Shown here: positions 1 to 10,619 of the stretch, piece by piece
How the letters are laid out: each line of letters starts with the position of its first letter
Numbering within the stretch: position 1 is the stretch's first letter
Origin: Octopus sinensis
Taxonomy: Eukaryota
DNA length: 32,082 nt
Direction: 5' to 3'
Assembly: GCF_006345805.1 (NCBI RefSeq)
Contig: NW_021829642.1
Coordinates: forward strand, 1-32,082
Program-made: the position numbers and the translations under genes
Notes under the pieces: generated by a model
Seen by the model: the letters and a program-made list of their open reading frames with translations, nothing else
Databases searched by the model: none
Told to the model about the DNA's origin: nothing

Positions 1-285
1 TTCTCTCTTTCTTAAACGTAAAACTGACTGGTTAATTCCCTATTGCAATTTCGACGTAAGGGACCTCTGAAGCGATCCATTCGTCTCGTTAAGGGAAATA
101 TTCCTATAGATAGTAAGCAAAACAAGACTTTACCCTGGGGCTAGCATGAATCCCGACCGGCAAGAGAAATGTTTCAAGCTCTATCTACACATTCAAGTTT
201 TGAATTCAAATGCCATGCACAGCGTTTATGTGAAAAGAACCGTAACTTCGAGCCACGGCAAAATCACTGGATATGAGTTGGGAAA

Positions 286-522
286 AATTAAATCTAAACA
301 ATATGAGAGATCACTGTATGGATCCCTTGTATGTTAAAAATAGACGTCAAACCGTCTTACCACTAAATCTTTGCTCTCAACTAAGTGAGACGCTAGATGT
401 TTACGAGCTAGAGAGCTGAAAAGAAACAGACATAGCACATATTTTGTGGTAAGACGGTTTCACATCTATTTTTAGCATCAAGGGGTCCATATAGTGATCT
501 CTCATATTGTTTATATTTAATT
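286..522. repeat. Long imperfect inverted repeat (foldback / MITE-like), arms 286-375 and 434-522, 58-nt spacer
   Basis: Reverse complement of 434-522 aligns to 286-375 with about 9 mismatches and 1 gap in 90 nt (hand alignment); TTAA near both outer ends (288-291, 517-520). Confidence 0.9.
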
Positions 523-1008
523 AAAATTCACGGTCCTCGAACATTTTAAAGTATGATGACCACTATTGATATTATTTAATAATATTGTTTAATAATATTA
601 ATTTCTACTCTTATTATTTGAAAAATTAAATGATTAGAACGTAATTTAATAAACTAATTACGGAGAATAAATTATAAACAATGAAGATTATTTATGAATA
701 TATCAATGGCCAAAGATGTTATCATAGAATACGTAGAAGAACGTTTATATTTATTTTTAACATATAAGGGTTTTTGAAACTCGCTTAGGTAACATGCACG
801 CACAATTATACACCTACGTACAGACATATATGCAACAGACTGGCATGTATACATACGTATATACAATGCACTTATATATGTATATCTATATATGTATATT
901 CATGATATACACTATCATGCATACACACACACTTTCACACACTTCACACTTCCACACATGCATTCAAACATTCTCATGTACAGAAGCAAAGACACACAGA
1001 CACACAAG

Positions 1009-1009
<1 letters not shown>

Positions 1010-1084
<75 letters not shown>

Positions 1085-1085
1085 C
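1010..1085. repeat. (CT)n microsatellite within a (CA)-rich low-complexity tract
   Basis: Directly visible. Confidence 0.95.
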
Positions 1086-1437
1086 CCACACACACACACA
1101 CTTACACGCACTCACACATTCTCACACAAGTCTAGACACACATACATACAAAGAAATATTCACATATTCAAATACACACGCACACGCATACACACAAACA
1201 CGTCCACAAAGATATACTTTCTCGTATTAACCTTCGCTCTCTTTCTCTCCCTCTCCTCCTCCCTCTCTCTCTCTCTCTCTAGCACGCGCGAACACCCATG
1301 CACACACACACACGACCCTGCGCGCACGCCCACCCACACAGAGTTCAGATCCATCTTTGACATTTCCATATTCGGCTGGACAAGAGACTTAATTCCTTCT
1401 CTGTCTCTTTTGCCTTCGAATATCGGAAGTACGAACC

Positions 1438-1475
1438 AGATCAAAGGTTGTAGATCAACAGATTAAAGATCAAAG
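1438..1475 (+). promoter_or_regulatory. Cluster of TCF/LEF-like motifs
   Basis: AGATCAAAGG at 1438-1447, AGATCAAAG at 1467-1475, near-matches AGATCAACA and AGATTAAAG between them. Confidence 0.3.
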
Positions 1476-1586
1476 AGCTATCGATCACATATTGATAGTT
1501 GCTATGGATCAATAATGGTCAAGCAATTTATAATTGATCGCAACTAAATGCACAACACATGATTTATTTAGATGCGTGTCTCTATC

Positions 1587-1609
1587 CTCTTCCTTCTTCT
1601 TCGTCTTCT

Positions 1610-1641
<32 letters not shown>

Positions 1642-1816
1642 TTCGTCTTCTTCTTCTTCTTCTTCTTTTCTTCTTCTTCTTCTTCTTCTTCTTCTTCTTT
1701 TTCATTTCCTCCCCTCCTCCTCCACTTCTTTTTCTTCATGTTCTTCTCCTTCTTTGTCTGCAGCTGCATCAACCACAACACCTACTACTACTACTACTAC
1801 TAATACTACTACTACT

Positions 1817-1851
<35 letters not shown>

Positions 1852-2043
1852 GCTGCTGCTACTACTGCTGCTACTACTGCTACTACTACTACTACTACTA
1901 CTATACCTGATGTTGCTGCTACTATTACCACTACAACATTATATTTCTTTTTCATTATCATCGTCATCATATTCTTTTTCTCTTTATATATTTAGCCTTA
2001 TCTCTTTCTTCTTCTTGTCATTATTAATATCATTGTTATTTTA

Positions 2044-2081
<38 letters not shown>

Positions 2082-2132
2082 TTAAGTCCTGTTATGACCA
2101 TATGGAGGTACAATTTCACTTTCACTCTTATG

Positions 2133-2180
<48 letters not shown>

Positions 2181-2183
2181 TAA
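1587..2183. repeat. Compound trinucleotide microsatellites (TTC)n, (TAC/TGC)n, (ATT)n, (AAT)n
   Basis: Directly visible; explains the poly-K/E/S/L/Y/N ORFs. Confidence 0.95.
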
Positions 2184-2271
2184 TAGCTTCACATTTTGCC
2201 ACAGGGACAACGATTTTGGGAGGACGGGATGAGTCGATTACATCGACACCAGTACTCAACTGGTACTTAAT
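2184..2271 (-). mobile_element. 3' fragment of SINE type B
   Basis: Reverse complement matches aagtaccagtt...tggggtcgatgtaatcgact seen in the copy at 21605-21757. Confidence 0.75.
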
Positions 2272-2414
2272 TGTTCGCAATTTAGCTCCCTATAGAGCCT
2301 CACACGCAGGAGAGTTCAAAGGATAGCGATCAGACTGATAAGGTTCACCTGTTCTCAGAGGTAAAAAGAAGAAAAATGCCTTTACACAGGGTCAATACAT
2401 TTACATAGAACAAA

Positions 2415-2445
<31 letters not shown>

Positions 2446-2650
2446 AAACAATATTTCAGAAACATTGGTCACAATTCCAAAACCCACAAGTCCTGCTAGA
2501 GGAGGGCCTTTCCTCGGAGAATCATATGAGACGGAATACTAAGGCAGAGCAGAATAAGCAATGATCCAAAGGGAGAGAGGTAGAAGGTCAGAGTCGAAAA
2601 CAGTACAGACAAGAGGTTGATGGCCTCCCTAGGGAGCAAACCGGCTTACG
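2272..2650. mobile_element. Possible solo-LTR-like insertion
   Basis: Starts TGT, ends ACG; imperfect terminal inverted repeat around gctcccta / tagggagc; abuts a truncated SINE; no clean target-site duplication. Confidence 0.2.
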
Positions 2651-2696
2651 TAAGTATGTTTAGACCTATGTATACACGTACCTATGTTTGTATAAA

Positions 2697-2742
2697 ATCC
2701 TTTAAAATGTTTTATCCCGAAGGCCCCGGCCCTGCTGGGGCA
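2697..2742 (-). mobile_element. 3' tail fragment of the element found at 4638-4753
   Basis: atcctt...aaaatgtttta.cccgaaggcc.cggcc.tgctggggca matches 4638-4691. Confidence 0.8.
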
Positions 2743-2744
2743 AA

Positions 2745-3050
2745 CTATGACCATGCTTGAGCACTGACTTAAGGAACTTTAGTCTAACGATTGGGCCACG
2801 GTTTTTATTTTTTTAACGCTTGGTACTAAATCTCAGTCTCTTTTCGTTAGGTTGCGTAAAAAACTGACAAACCCCAGCTACCAAGAGGTGGTGGGAAGCA
2901 AACACAAAACACAAACGCACGCACACTTGTGCTCAGTCCTACTGTGTGGCACCTCTATATAGCAGGAGATACTTGCCCAAGACGCCACGCAATAAGACTA
3001 AACGCGGAACCATGTAATTGGCAAGCAAACTTCTTACTACACAGTGACAC
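2745..3050 (-). mobile_element. Degenerate SINE type A
   Basis: Reverse complement resembles both head (cttgcccaag...ggaaccatgt...cttcttac) and 3' half of the 4468-5070 copy. Confidence 0.7.
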
Positions 3051-3195
3051 TTAAGCTACATGATACGATTGTCAGAATCGTCAGGGCCTCAGAAAATATA
3101 TTTGCTCATATTTCTTATGGAATTTTAAGATGTTAGTTGAAATCTTACTAAGGGACGTATTCTCCCCGTTCTTCTACAGCTGATAAAATATATTG

Positions 3196-3360
3196 CTTCC
3201 AAATGTCTGCAGAAGCACAGCGAGCTCGCGGGAGGGGTTAAAGAGAATAGGCCTTATTTTATCGAACTCTAAAGAATGAAAAGCAAAGTCGACCACGGCG
3301 GAATTTGAACTCAGAGCGTACACACGTACGGAATGCTGCTGAGTACTTTACCCGCCGTCT
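3196..3360 (-). mobile_element. SINE type B, degenerate
   Basis: gaatgaaaagcaaagtcgaccacggcggaatttgaactcag is the reverse complement of the type B core tgagttcaaattccgccgaggtcgactttgcc. Confidence 0.75.
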
Positions 3361-3655
3361 TCGAGTAAAAGAATACATTAGCAGCCAAATATTTTACGCA
3401 ACTGCGGATCTTTAACAGCAGGCCATCAATGTACAAAACATAATTATTCATCCCATCTTTCAACAAATTTATGCACGTGAGCAGCAGCTCTCTATGAAAA
3501 GGGAGAATAGTAAACTAGATAATGTGCAATGGGAAGAACAAATGTTTAGTATATGAGAGATCACTCTCTTAAAGGAGGAGAGAAAACAAACTGAATATAG
3601 GTCAGTCAAAGAGGCGTTTTCAACGCTGACCTGTGTTAGATATGTATGTATGTGC

Positions 3656-3704
<49 letters not shown>

Positions 3705-3951
3705 CATGCATATATGCATGTAGATATATATTGATTCAATTATGAATGTCTCCAAGAATCTTGTAGAGGTCAGAAGTTACGACACTTAATGCGAACAACT
3801 TGGTGTTTAGGAGATAAAAGATAAAATACCACAAAGACACACAGACGCATATCTATAGATGTATAGATATATATGCACATTTACGTATATAGATATATAT
3901 ATATATATTCATTCACATATATTAGTATTCATACTCATATATACACGCATA

Positions 3952-4020
<69 letters not shown>

Positions 4021-4467
4021 GATATATACATGATATATGTATGTGTTCATGTTTATTCGTACTGATGTCATTCTACATATTCAATAAGATGCAATATGGC
4101 GCCCTCTCAACTTTAACACTTCTTACGAGCAATAAAATTCGATGCCCAGCTATTTTATCATTCTTGCTTATATACTTGAATGGATTCGGTTGACATCTCT
4201 TCTTTTACGATTTATTCTTACAAATTGCCATTGAGTTAATCAACTTTGGTTATGAGCCTACATAAGTCTTAAACATCGTAACATATAGCCAGATACATAA
4301 CCATTTGGTTTGCTAAAAATAGTAGCTGTATGCCTCTAAAATTGTACTATACATTGCAAAAAGAGAAGCACACTTTTGATACGTGACAACCTCTTGTTTC
4401 ATTTTATAAACTCTATCATATAATATGGTCTAAATTAAAACTTTCCATCAAAATTTCTTTTTAATTT

Positions 4468-4749
4468 GAGTGGCTGTGTGGTAAGGAGCTTGCTTATGAA
4501 CCACATGGTTCCGGGTGCAGTCCCACTGCGTGACACCTTGCGCAATTTTCTTCTACTATGGCCTCGGGCCGACCAAAGCCTTGTAAGTGGATTTGGTAGA
4601 TGGAAAGTGAAAGAAGCCCGTCGATATATATATATATATCCTTAAATACTTAAAAATGTTTTAGCCCGAAGGCCGCGGCCATGCTGGGGCACCACCGCTG
4701 AAAATCAAGTTCCCATGCCGGGAATCGAACCCGGGCCGCCTGTGTGGAA

Positions 4750-4805
<56 letters not shown>

Positions 4806-5070
4806 TATATATATGAGTGTGTGTGTGTGTATGTATGTATGTGTGTGTATACGTTTGTGTGTCTGTGTTTGTCCCCCCCAACATCGCTTGACAACCGATG
4901 CTGGTGTGTTTATGTCCCCGTAATTTAGCGGTTCGGCAAAAGAGATCGATAGAATAAGTACGAGGCTTCCAAAGAATAAGTCCTGGGGGTCGATTTGCTC
5001 GACTAAAGGCGGTGCTCCAGCGTGACCACAGTCAAAATGACTGAAAGAAGTAAAAGAGTAAAAGAGCGAG
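4468..5070 (+). mobile_element. Full-length tRNA-derived, CORE-like SINE type A (octopus OK/OR-type; exact family not assignable) with internal (TA)n(TG)n
   Basis: A-box tggctgtgtgg, B-box-like gggtgcagtccc, CORE-like gtgacaccttg.gcaa, tail gtaaaagagtaaaagag; highly similar to 8183-8580, 13129-13545 and 30944-31340. Confidence 0.9.
4638..4753 (-). mobile_element. 5'-truncated tRNA-Glu-derived short retroelement nested in the (TA)n of a type A SINE
   Basis: Minus strand 4753-4710 reads TGG CTTCCAC ACAGG CGGC CCGGG TTCGATT CCCGG CATGGGA A (3' half of a eukaryotic tRNA-Glu, loop TCC instead of TTC), followed by a tail ggtgccccagcatggccgcggccttcgggct...ttaagtatttaaggat. Confidence 0.8.
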
Positions 5071-5419
5071 TAAACACAGCCTAATAATAATAAATTCCTG
5101 TTTGAAAATACCACAAAATTAGATTCAAATTAAATTGACGCAAAAGCTGTGTTGTTCCACAGAAATATAGGAACAAGAGTGTTAAAGTGATCTAAATTAT
5201 AGCATTTCATGAAAATTCGATGTTAATTTGTGTTCCAAATACTTGTTTAATTATGAAAACGGTATTTTGCTAATTTGTTTCTTTGTATTAATAATTAATT
5301 GAAACAAATCGAATGTACTTCAGCAGAAATTTAGCGACGACAGAAAATTTGTGAGAAAACTCAACTCAATAGGTTTAACAAAATTTGTTGGTATTTGATT
5401 ATTTTCAATATTAATTGAA

Positions 5420-5620
5420 TCGAGAGCTGGCAAAATGGTTAAGACGCTGGGTAAATTACTCAGCAGTAATTTGTCCGACTTTATGTTCCGAGTTCAAATA
5501 CCGCTGAGGTTGACATTGTTTTTCATCCATTTGGAGGCGATAAAATATGCAACAATTGAACACTGACGTTACTGTAATCTACTTGCATCCTGACCAAAAA
5601 TTGCTGGCCAAATTCTGAAG
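5420..5620 (+). mobile_element. SINE type B with 15-bp target-site duplication
   Basis: gagctggcaaaatggttaag head, gagttcaaatacc B-box; flanked by exact tcaatattaattgaa at 5405-5419 and 5621-5635. Confidence 0.85.
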
Positions 5621-5640
5621 TCAATATTAATTGAAACAAA

Positions 5641-5831
5641 GTCGGCCAGCTGGCAGAGTCGTTAGCACGCCGGACTAAGAAGCTTGGCGGTATTTCGTTC
5701 GTATTTTCGTTCTGAGATTCAAATACATCTAGGTTGACATTGCCTTATATCATTTCGGAGTCCATAAAGTAATTAATTACCAGCTGATTAACCCTCCCCC
5801 AAGATTGCTGGCCTTGTACAAACATCTGAAA
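5641..5831 (+). mobile_element. Second SINE type B in tandem
   Basis: agctggcagagtcgttagcacgccgg head; followed by a 12/15 match to the same target sequence at 5832-5846. Confidence 0.85.
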
Positions 5832-6135
5832 TCAATGTCAATGGAAGCAGAAGTAGTTTTCTCCGACGACTGAATACAACAGCTATTTGTACATTCACAT
5901 TCAAAGCTGTCCCAACATATCTAAAAATGAATGTATCATCCTCCATCCGATTGCGCTCAAATCTGATATGTAGATACCGACGGTATCAGGGCATGTATAA
6001 GTCTTGAAAAAGTTACAAAAATCGATTCCAAGTGAGAATGCGATCGATAAAGCCGTGGGAAATCGTTTTTCTTTGGAATAGAAAAAAGTCTATCTTTATT
6101 TCTTCTTTTGCTGGTGTCTCAAATTAAGGTTAAAT

Positions 6136-6195
6136 CAGTGTTTCTCAAAGCGGAGGCCTATGGGACGGTCGGAAAAGTTGTTTTGAGAAAATTTG
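6136..6195. mobile_element. 60-bp hAT (Charlie-like) mini-MITE relic
   Basis: Left end cagtgtttctcaaa, right end tttgagaaaatttg; 8-bp flanks ggttaaat / gtttaaat (7/8 identical). Confidence 0.55.
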
Positions 6196-6303
6196 GTTTA
6201 AATGTTTTGACAACTCAGCACCGTCCATTGGAAGGGGAGGCGTTTTGCTCGTGTGTATATATATATATATATATATATAGTTATATGTGTGTGTCTGTGC
6301 GTT

Positions 6304-6347
<44 letters not shown>

Positions 6348-7369
6348 GATGTATATATATATATATGTAGATATATATATTTGTATATGTATATGCATGC
6401 GGGAGCGTGTGTATATGTATGTATACGCACACCCATGCACACACACACACATATGAGATATATTCAAAGAAAGAAGGAAGGAGAGAGAGGGAGAGATAAA
6501 TATAATGTAACGAGATTAATTGAATGAGGAAAACACTGTAACAGAACAGAAAGAGAGAGGGGGAGAGAGAGGGGAGAGAGGGAAAGAGGGAGAGGAGACA
6601 GTATGGAATCAAGTGAGGGAGATATTTTGATTAAGCTATTACTCTCTAATGGCTAGCTGAAGGCTTGCATGTCAAATAAGCTTCATATTAATAGCTTAAT
6701 ATAACCTACAGGTTTATGCGTAGCGGTTACATATGAGTGTTTGGCAGTCATTGCTGCTTTTAAGGGCTTTTACTGACGTAAACATTAATTGGATGTCTAC
6801 TTCGTCTTGAAATATGCTGCTTCACCAAGAAAATTGTACACCGATTAATTTACGTTTGAAATGTATTCTGCTTGAAATATAATCTTAATAATAACTTAAT
6901 TACAGTGTTTGTTGATGATGCTGATGGTGCTGCTATATTACGAAACATATGTTGTCCCTGAAATATTATTCCTTAAAACAATTCCATTCCCTTGCATTAT
7001 TTCGTGTGACATAAGGAAGGCCGTTATAAGCATTATAAAACCAAATACTAAACACCCAATTCTGTACATCTCGTTTCGCATTCTTCCGTTTAAACGAAAC
7101 GATGGCGAGCGTCGGTTTGTAACAATTCGTTGACCGCCATCTATTTTTTTTTGGTGGGGGGGGGGTTGTTTGTTTTGTTTGTTTCTATTCGGTTTCTGTA
7201 GTGAATGATTCACTTACAGCTTAGTGGAATGAAATAACGTGCAGCCGGGTGTTTTTGCTTGCTTAGGAACAATGCGCACCCTCTTGTTTGGTAATCGAAA
7301 CTACAATATTTTCATCAGGAGTGAAATGTCCCAGACAACGGGCCTTCACTCCTCGCATTTAACATGATC

Positions 7370-7505
7370 TTTATTTTATGAACATCGGTGGGATAAAGAT
7401 TTAAATTTGAAAAAAAAATATTTTCTTAACTGGGATTTGAACTCAGAACAGAAATATTTGCAAGGCGTTATATTTCAGACACTAACAACACAACCAATTT
7501 AGCTC
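7370..7505 (-). mobile_element. Highly degenerate SINE type B
   Basis: ttattttatg..., gggatttgaactcagaac and ...ctaac match the reverse complement of type B landmarks. Confidence 0.5.
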
Positions 7506-7699
7506 TAGTAAGTCTTTAGTCTTTAACATTGATTTATATAGTATCTTCGGGATTCTTTTCTTTCTACCGGGGTCCCGACCTTATATCATTTCCGTCTGAC
7601 ACGCTAATGCTTTATCTCTCTACATATAACACATCTTGACACTTCACTAAGAAGGATTCAATCGACTAGCAACATCTAGAATTAACTAACATCGTTCTT

Positions 7700-7713
7700 G
7701 TTTCCTTAGCAAC
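7700..7713. promoter_or_regulatory. RFX X-box-like motif
   Basis: GTTTCC-TT-AGCAAC fits GTNNCY(N0-3)RGYAAC; extra half sites tagcaac and tagtaac nearby. Confidence 0.3.
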
Positions 7714-8182
7714 AGTTTAGTAACTAGTCTTTGCTAATACAAATTGTACTTCATACTTGACGCAGTTACTGCTGTTTCATCAGTGTTACTCGAAGCAGTT
7801 CATAGAAGTGCAGTTGGAAATCAATAAACCGATCTATTACATCGTTGAATTTCCAAGGCAGGACCATTTCGGTCTTTGCCGTAACACTGTGTTTTTATGT
7901 TGGTTTTGTTTTATTTTCTTTCTTTTCTGGGACTTTTTTTTTTTGGTAATAAACAAAACTATTTACTATAATACAAGACAAAATGGAGGTGTTAACCATC
8001 TGAATCTTTAGTAAATAAATCCATGCTGTTCTGATTTCGTTTAGCCGTTTATCTTTTTCTTTCATTTTTTGTCGAAAATATATGATACATGTATAATGAA
8101 CTCATTACAGGGTACGCTGAAACTATGCGGAAACCTGTTTGTTTTACAGAGTATGCGCCTATAACTCTCCTTCCATACATAG

Positions 8183-8580
8183 GCACAGGCCTGGCTCTCA
8201 GGTAAGAAGCTTGGTTCCCAACTTCTTGCCGGCTGGGTTCAGTCTCACTGCATGGCACCCTGGGCAAGCGTCTTCTACTATAGCGTCGGACCGACCAAAG
8301 CCTTGTGAGTGGAATCGATTGACGGAAACTGAAGGAAGCCTGTCCCATATATATTTATGCACGTGTTTTTGAATCTGTGTTAGTCCGCCGTCCACCATTA
8401 TTTAACAACCGATGTTAGTGCGTTTATGTCCCCGTAATCTCGCGGTTCAGCAAAAGAGTCCGATAGAATAAGTACTTGGCTTACAAAGAATAACTCCAGG
8501 GGTTGACTTCTTCGACTAAAACCTTTAAGGTGGTGCTCCAGCATGGCCGCAGTCAAATGACTAAAACGTGTAAAAGAGTA
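8183..8580 (+). mobile_element. Full-length SINE type A
   Basis: Collinear similarity to 4468-5070 from head to the taaaagag tail. Confidence 0.9.
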
Positions 8581-8689
8581 ACAGAATATATATATATTTA
8601 TATTCTTATATGTAGACAGTTCTGTCGACTGGCATTACCAAAATCATACATATATGTGTGTTGTGCACGCACATGTGTGTATGTATGTA

Positions 8690-8705
8690 TGCATATATAT
8701 GTATA

Positions 8706-8736
<31 letters not shown>

Positions 8737-8846
8737 CACACATATATAAATATATACATATATAATATATACATGTATGCATATATACGTACATGTGCAT
8801 GTGCATATATATATATATATACATGTATGCATGTATATGTGTATGC

Positions 8847-8877
<31 letters not shown>

Positions 8878-9020
8878 CATAAATATATATATACATAAAT
8901 ATTTACATATATACATAAATATATATATACATATATATATATTATATATATATATGTGTATATATATATATATATATGTATGTGTGTATGTATGTATATA
9001 TGTATGTATATATATATATG

Positions 9021-9076
<56 letters not shown>

Positions 9077-9083
9077 CACATAT
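8690..9083. repeat. Long interrupted (TA)n microsatellite
   Basis: Directly visible. Confidence 0.95.
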
Positions 9084-9300
9084 AAAGTTAATCCAAACAT
9101 GAAAACACAAAGAGAAAAGAAAAATAACGCGAGGACGTGGAACAAGTATGGTGTTATTGGACGCTCAGGAAAGGAAAGGAAGGAGGACTTAACATTTCGA
9201 GCGGAGCTCCTCTTGAGAAACATTGGAAAAGGAAAATCCAAGGAAGGGAAGACGGAGGAAAAATTCGCCAACGATATACCTAACAAGAAACATAACATGT
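9084..9300 (-). mobile_element. ~210-bp non-autonomous element, Penelope-like pLTR-derived, copy 1
   Basis: Collinear with 29964-30170, same start aaagttaatccaaaca after (TA)n; contains a minimal hammerhead motif on the minus strand. Confidence 0.7.
9187..9221 (-). ncRNA. Minimal type I hammerhead ribozyme, core-mutated
   Basis: Minus strand GTTT CTCAAGA G GAGC TCC GCTC GAAA T GTT AAGT; CUGANGA has G5 changed to C; stem II GAGC/GCTC intact. Confidence 0.55.
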
Positions 9301-9338
9301 ACTGACAGACAGAGAGACAGACAGGCAGGCATGAAGGC

Positions 9339-9445
<107 letters not shown>

Positions 9446-10096
9446 CAGGAAGTATAGTTGTAGTATAGAATCTACACCATTATCTGTCTTCTGTTTCTCG
9501 ACCTGTATTTGCAGACGCAAATGCTTGTGTACGTCTCTCTCTGTGTATGGCTATGCGTTTGTGTAAAGAGATGTGTGTACGTGCTGATGTATGCGTTTGC
9601 CTGTCAGTAACCAACTATCAGTATGTATATCCGTTGAGTGCCAATCTGTTAGCTAGTATGGTGGCAATGGTCGGACCTTGTCGGAAATGTTAGCTTCGCG
9701 CCATATTGTCTGCTTCAGTCAGATTCAAGACAAAATGGATATGTGAGTCACGTGTTGCGATCCATGTTAGCAAATAAAGAAACAGATGTGTAATCATACA
9801 CGGAACACTTGTAGTCTAAAGAAGATGACAGCAATACTGTCCGCTTGTTCTCATCGGTATTTACCGTTGCCGTTGACGTTGTTGTTGTCACTGCAGTAAT
9901 TGTTGTTGTTGATGGTTTTGTTGTTGTCACTATTGTAGTTGTTATTGTCACTACAGTTTTTCGCTGTCATTGCTCCCTTTGTTAAGATTTTATGAATCAT
10001 AATGGACCTTGGAGAGAAGGTATTCCAAGCGTGACCGTCACGAGTTTTTCATGTTTCGAACAGTTATATGATATCACCATCCAATATTGCCTTCCA

Positions 10097-10127
<31 letters not shown>

Positions 10128-10130
10128 ATT

Positions 10131-10161
<31 letters not shown>

Positions 10162-10191
10162 GGATATTTCATTCACCCATCGATATATATA

Positions 10192-10356
10192 TACGATGGG
10201 CTTCTTTCAGTTTCCGTCTATCAAATCCACTCACAAGGACTTGTCGGCCGGAGGCTATAGCAGAAGGCATTTGCCCAACGTGCCACGCAGTGGGACTGAA
10301 CTCGGAACCATGCGGTTCGTAAGCAAGCTACTTACCACACAGCCACGCCTACGCCT
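10192..10356 (-). mobile_element. SINE type A, head half only
   Basis: Reverse complement of the type A head (gggcttctttcagtttccgtct...cttaccacacagccac), ends in (TA)n. Confidence 0.9.
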
Positions 10357-10404
10357 ACATATATAATATATATATATATATAATATTATATATATATAAT
10401 ATAT

Positions 10405-10438
<34 letters not shown>

Positions 10439-10441
10439 GGT

Positions 10442-10486
<45 letters not shown>

Positions 10487-10487
10487 T

Positions 10488-10538
<51 letters not shown>

Positions 10539-10619
10539 AATTATATATATATATGTATATATAAACCTAGTGCGTTATTTCTAGTATTTTCAAAAGCTAC
10601 ATAGAATTGGTGATTGTTA

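Larger units (their letters stand above)
4385..5420 (+). mobile_element. Old AT-rich repeat (probably MITE-like) in partial tandem copies, host to later SINE insertions
   Basis: 4425-4467 resembles 5188-5230; 5125-5184 resembles 5290-5345; the first copy is split by the 4468-5070 SINE and ends ...gagtgttaa. Confidence 0.4.

Noticed and set aside
4710-4753. Functional tRNA gene (Glu or Gly-TCC)
   Set aside because: The 5' half (acceptor 5' strand, D-arm, A-box) is absent and the anticodon stem is broken; treated as a retroelement head
4650-5114. 154-aa minus-strand ORF; similar ORFs at 8049-8398, 13174-13419 and 9099-9305
   Set aside because: They lie essentially within SINE or short-element copies; frames are not conserved between copies
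6533-6600. Strong-looking minus-strand splice acceptor; another at ~16947
   Set aside because: The pyrimidine tract at 6533-6600 is a GA microsatellite with no donor following; the 16947 site has stops in all frames and no strong donor
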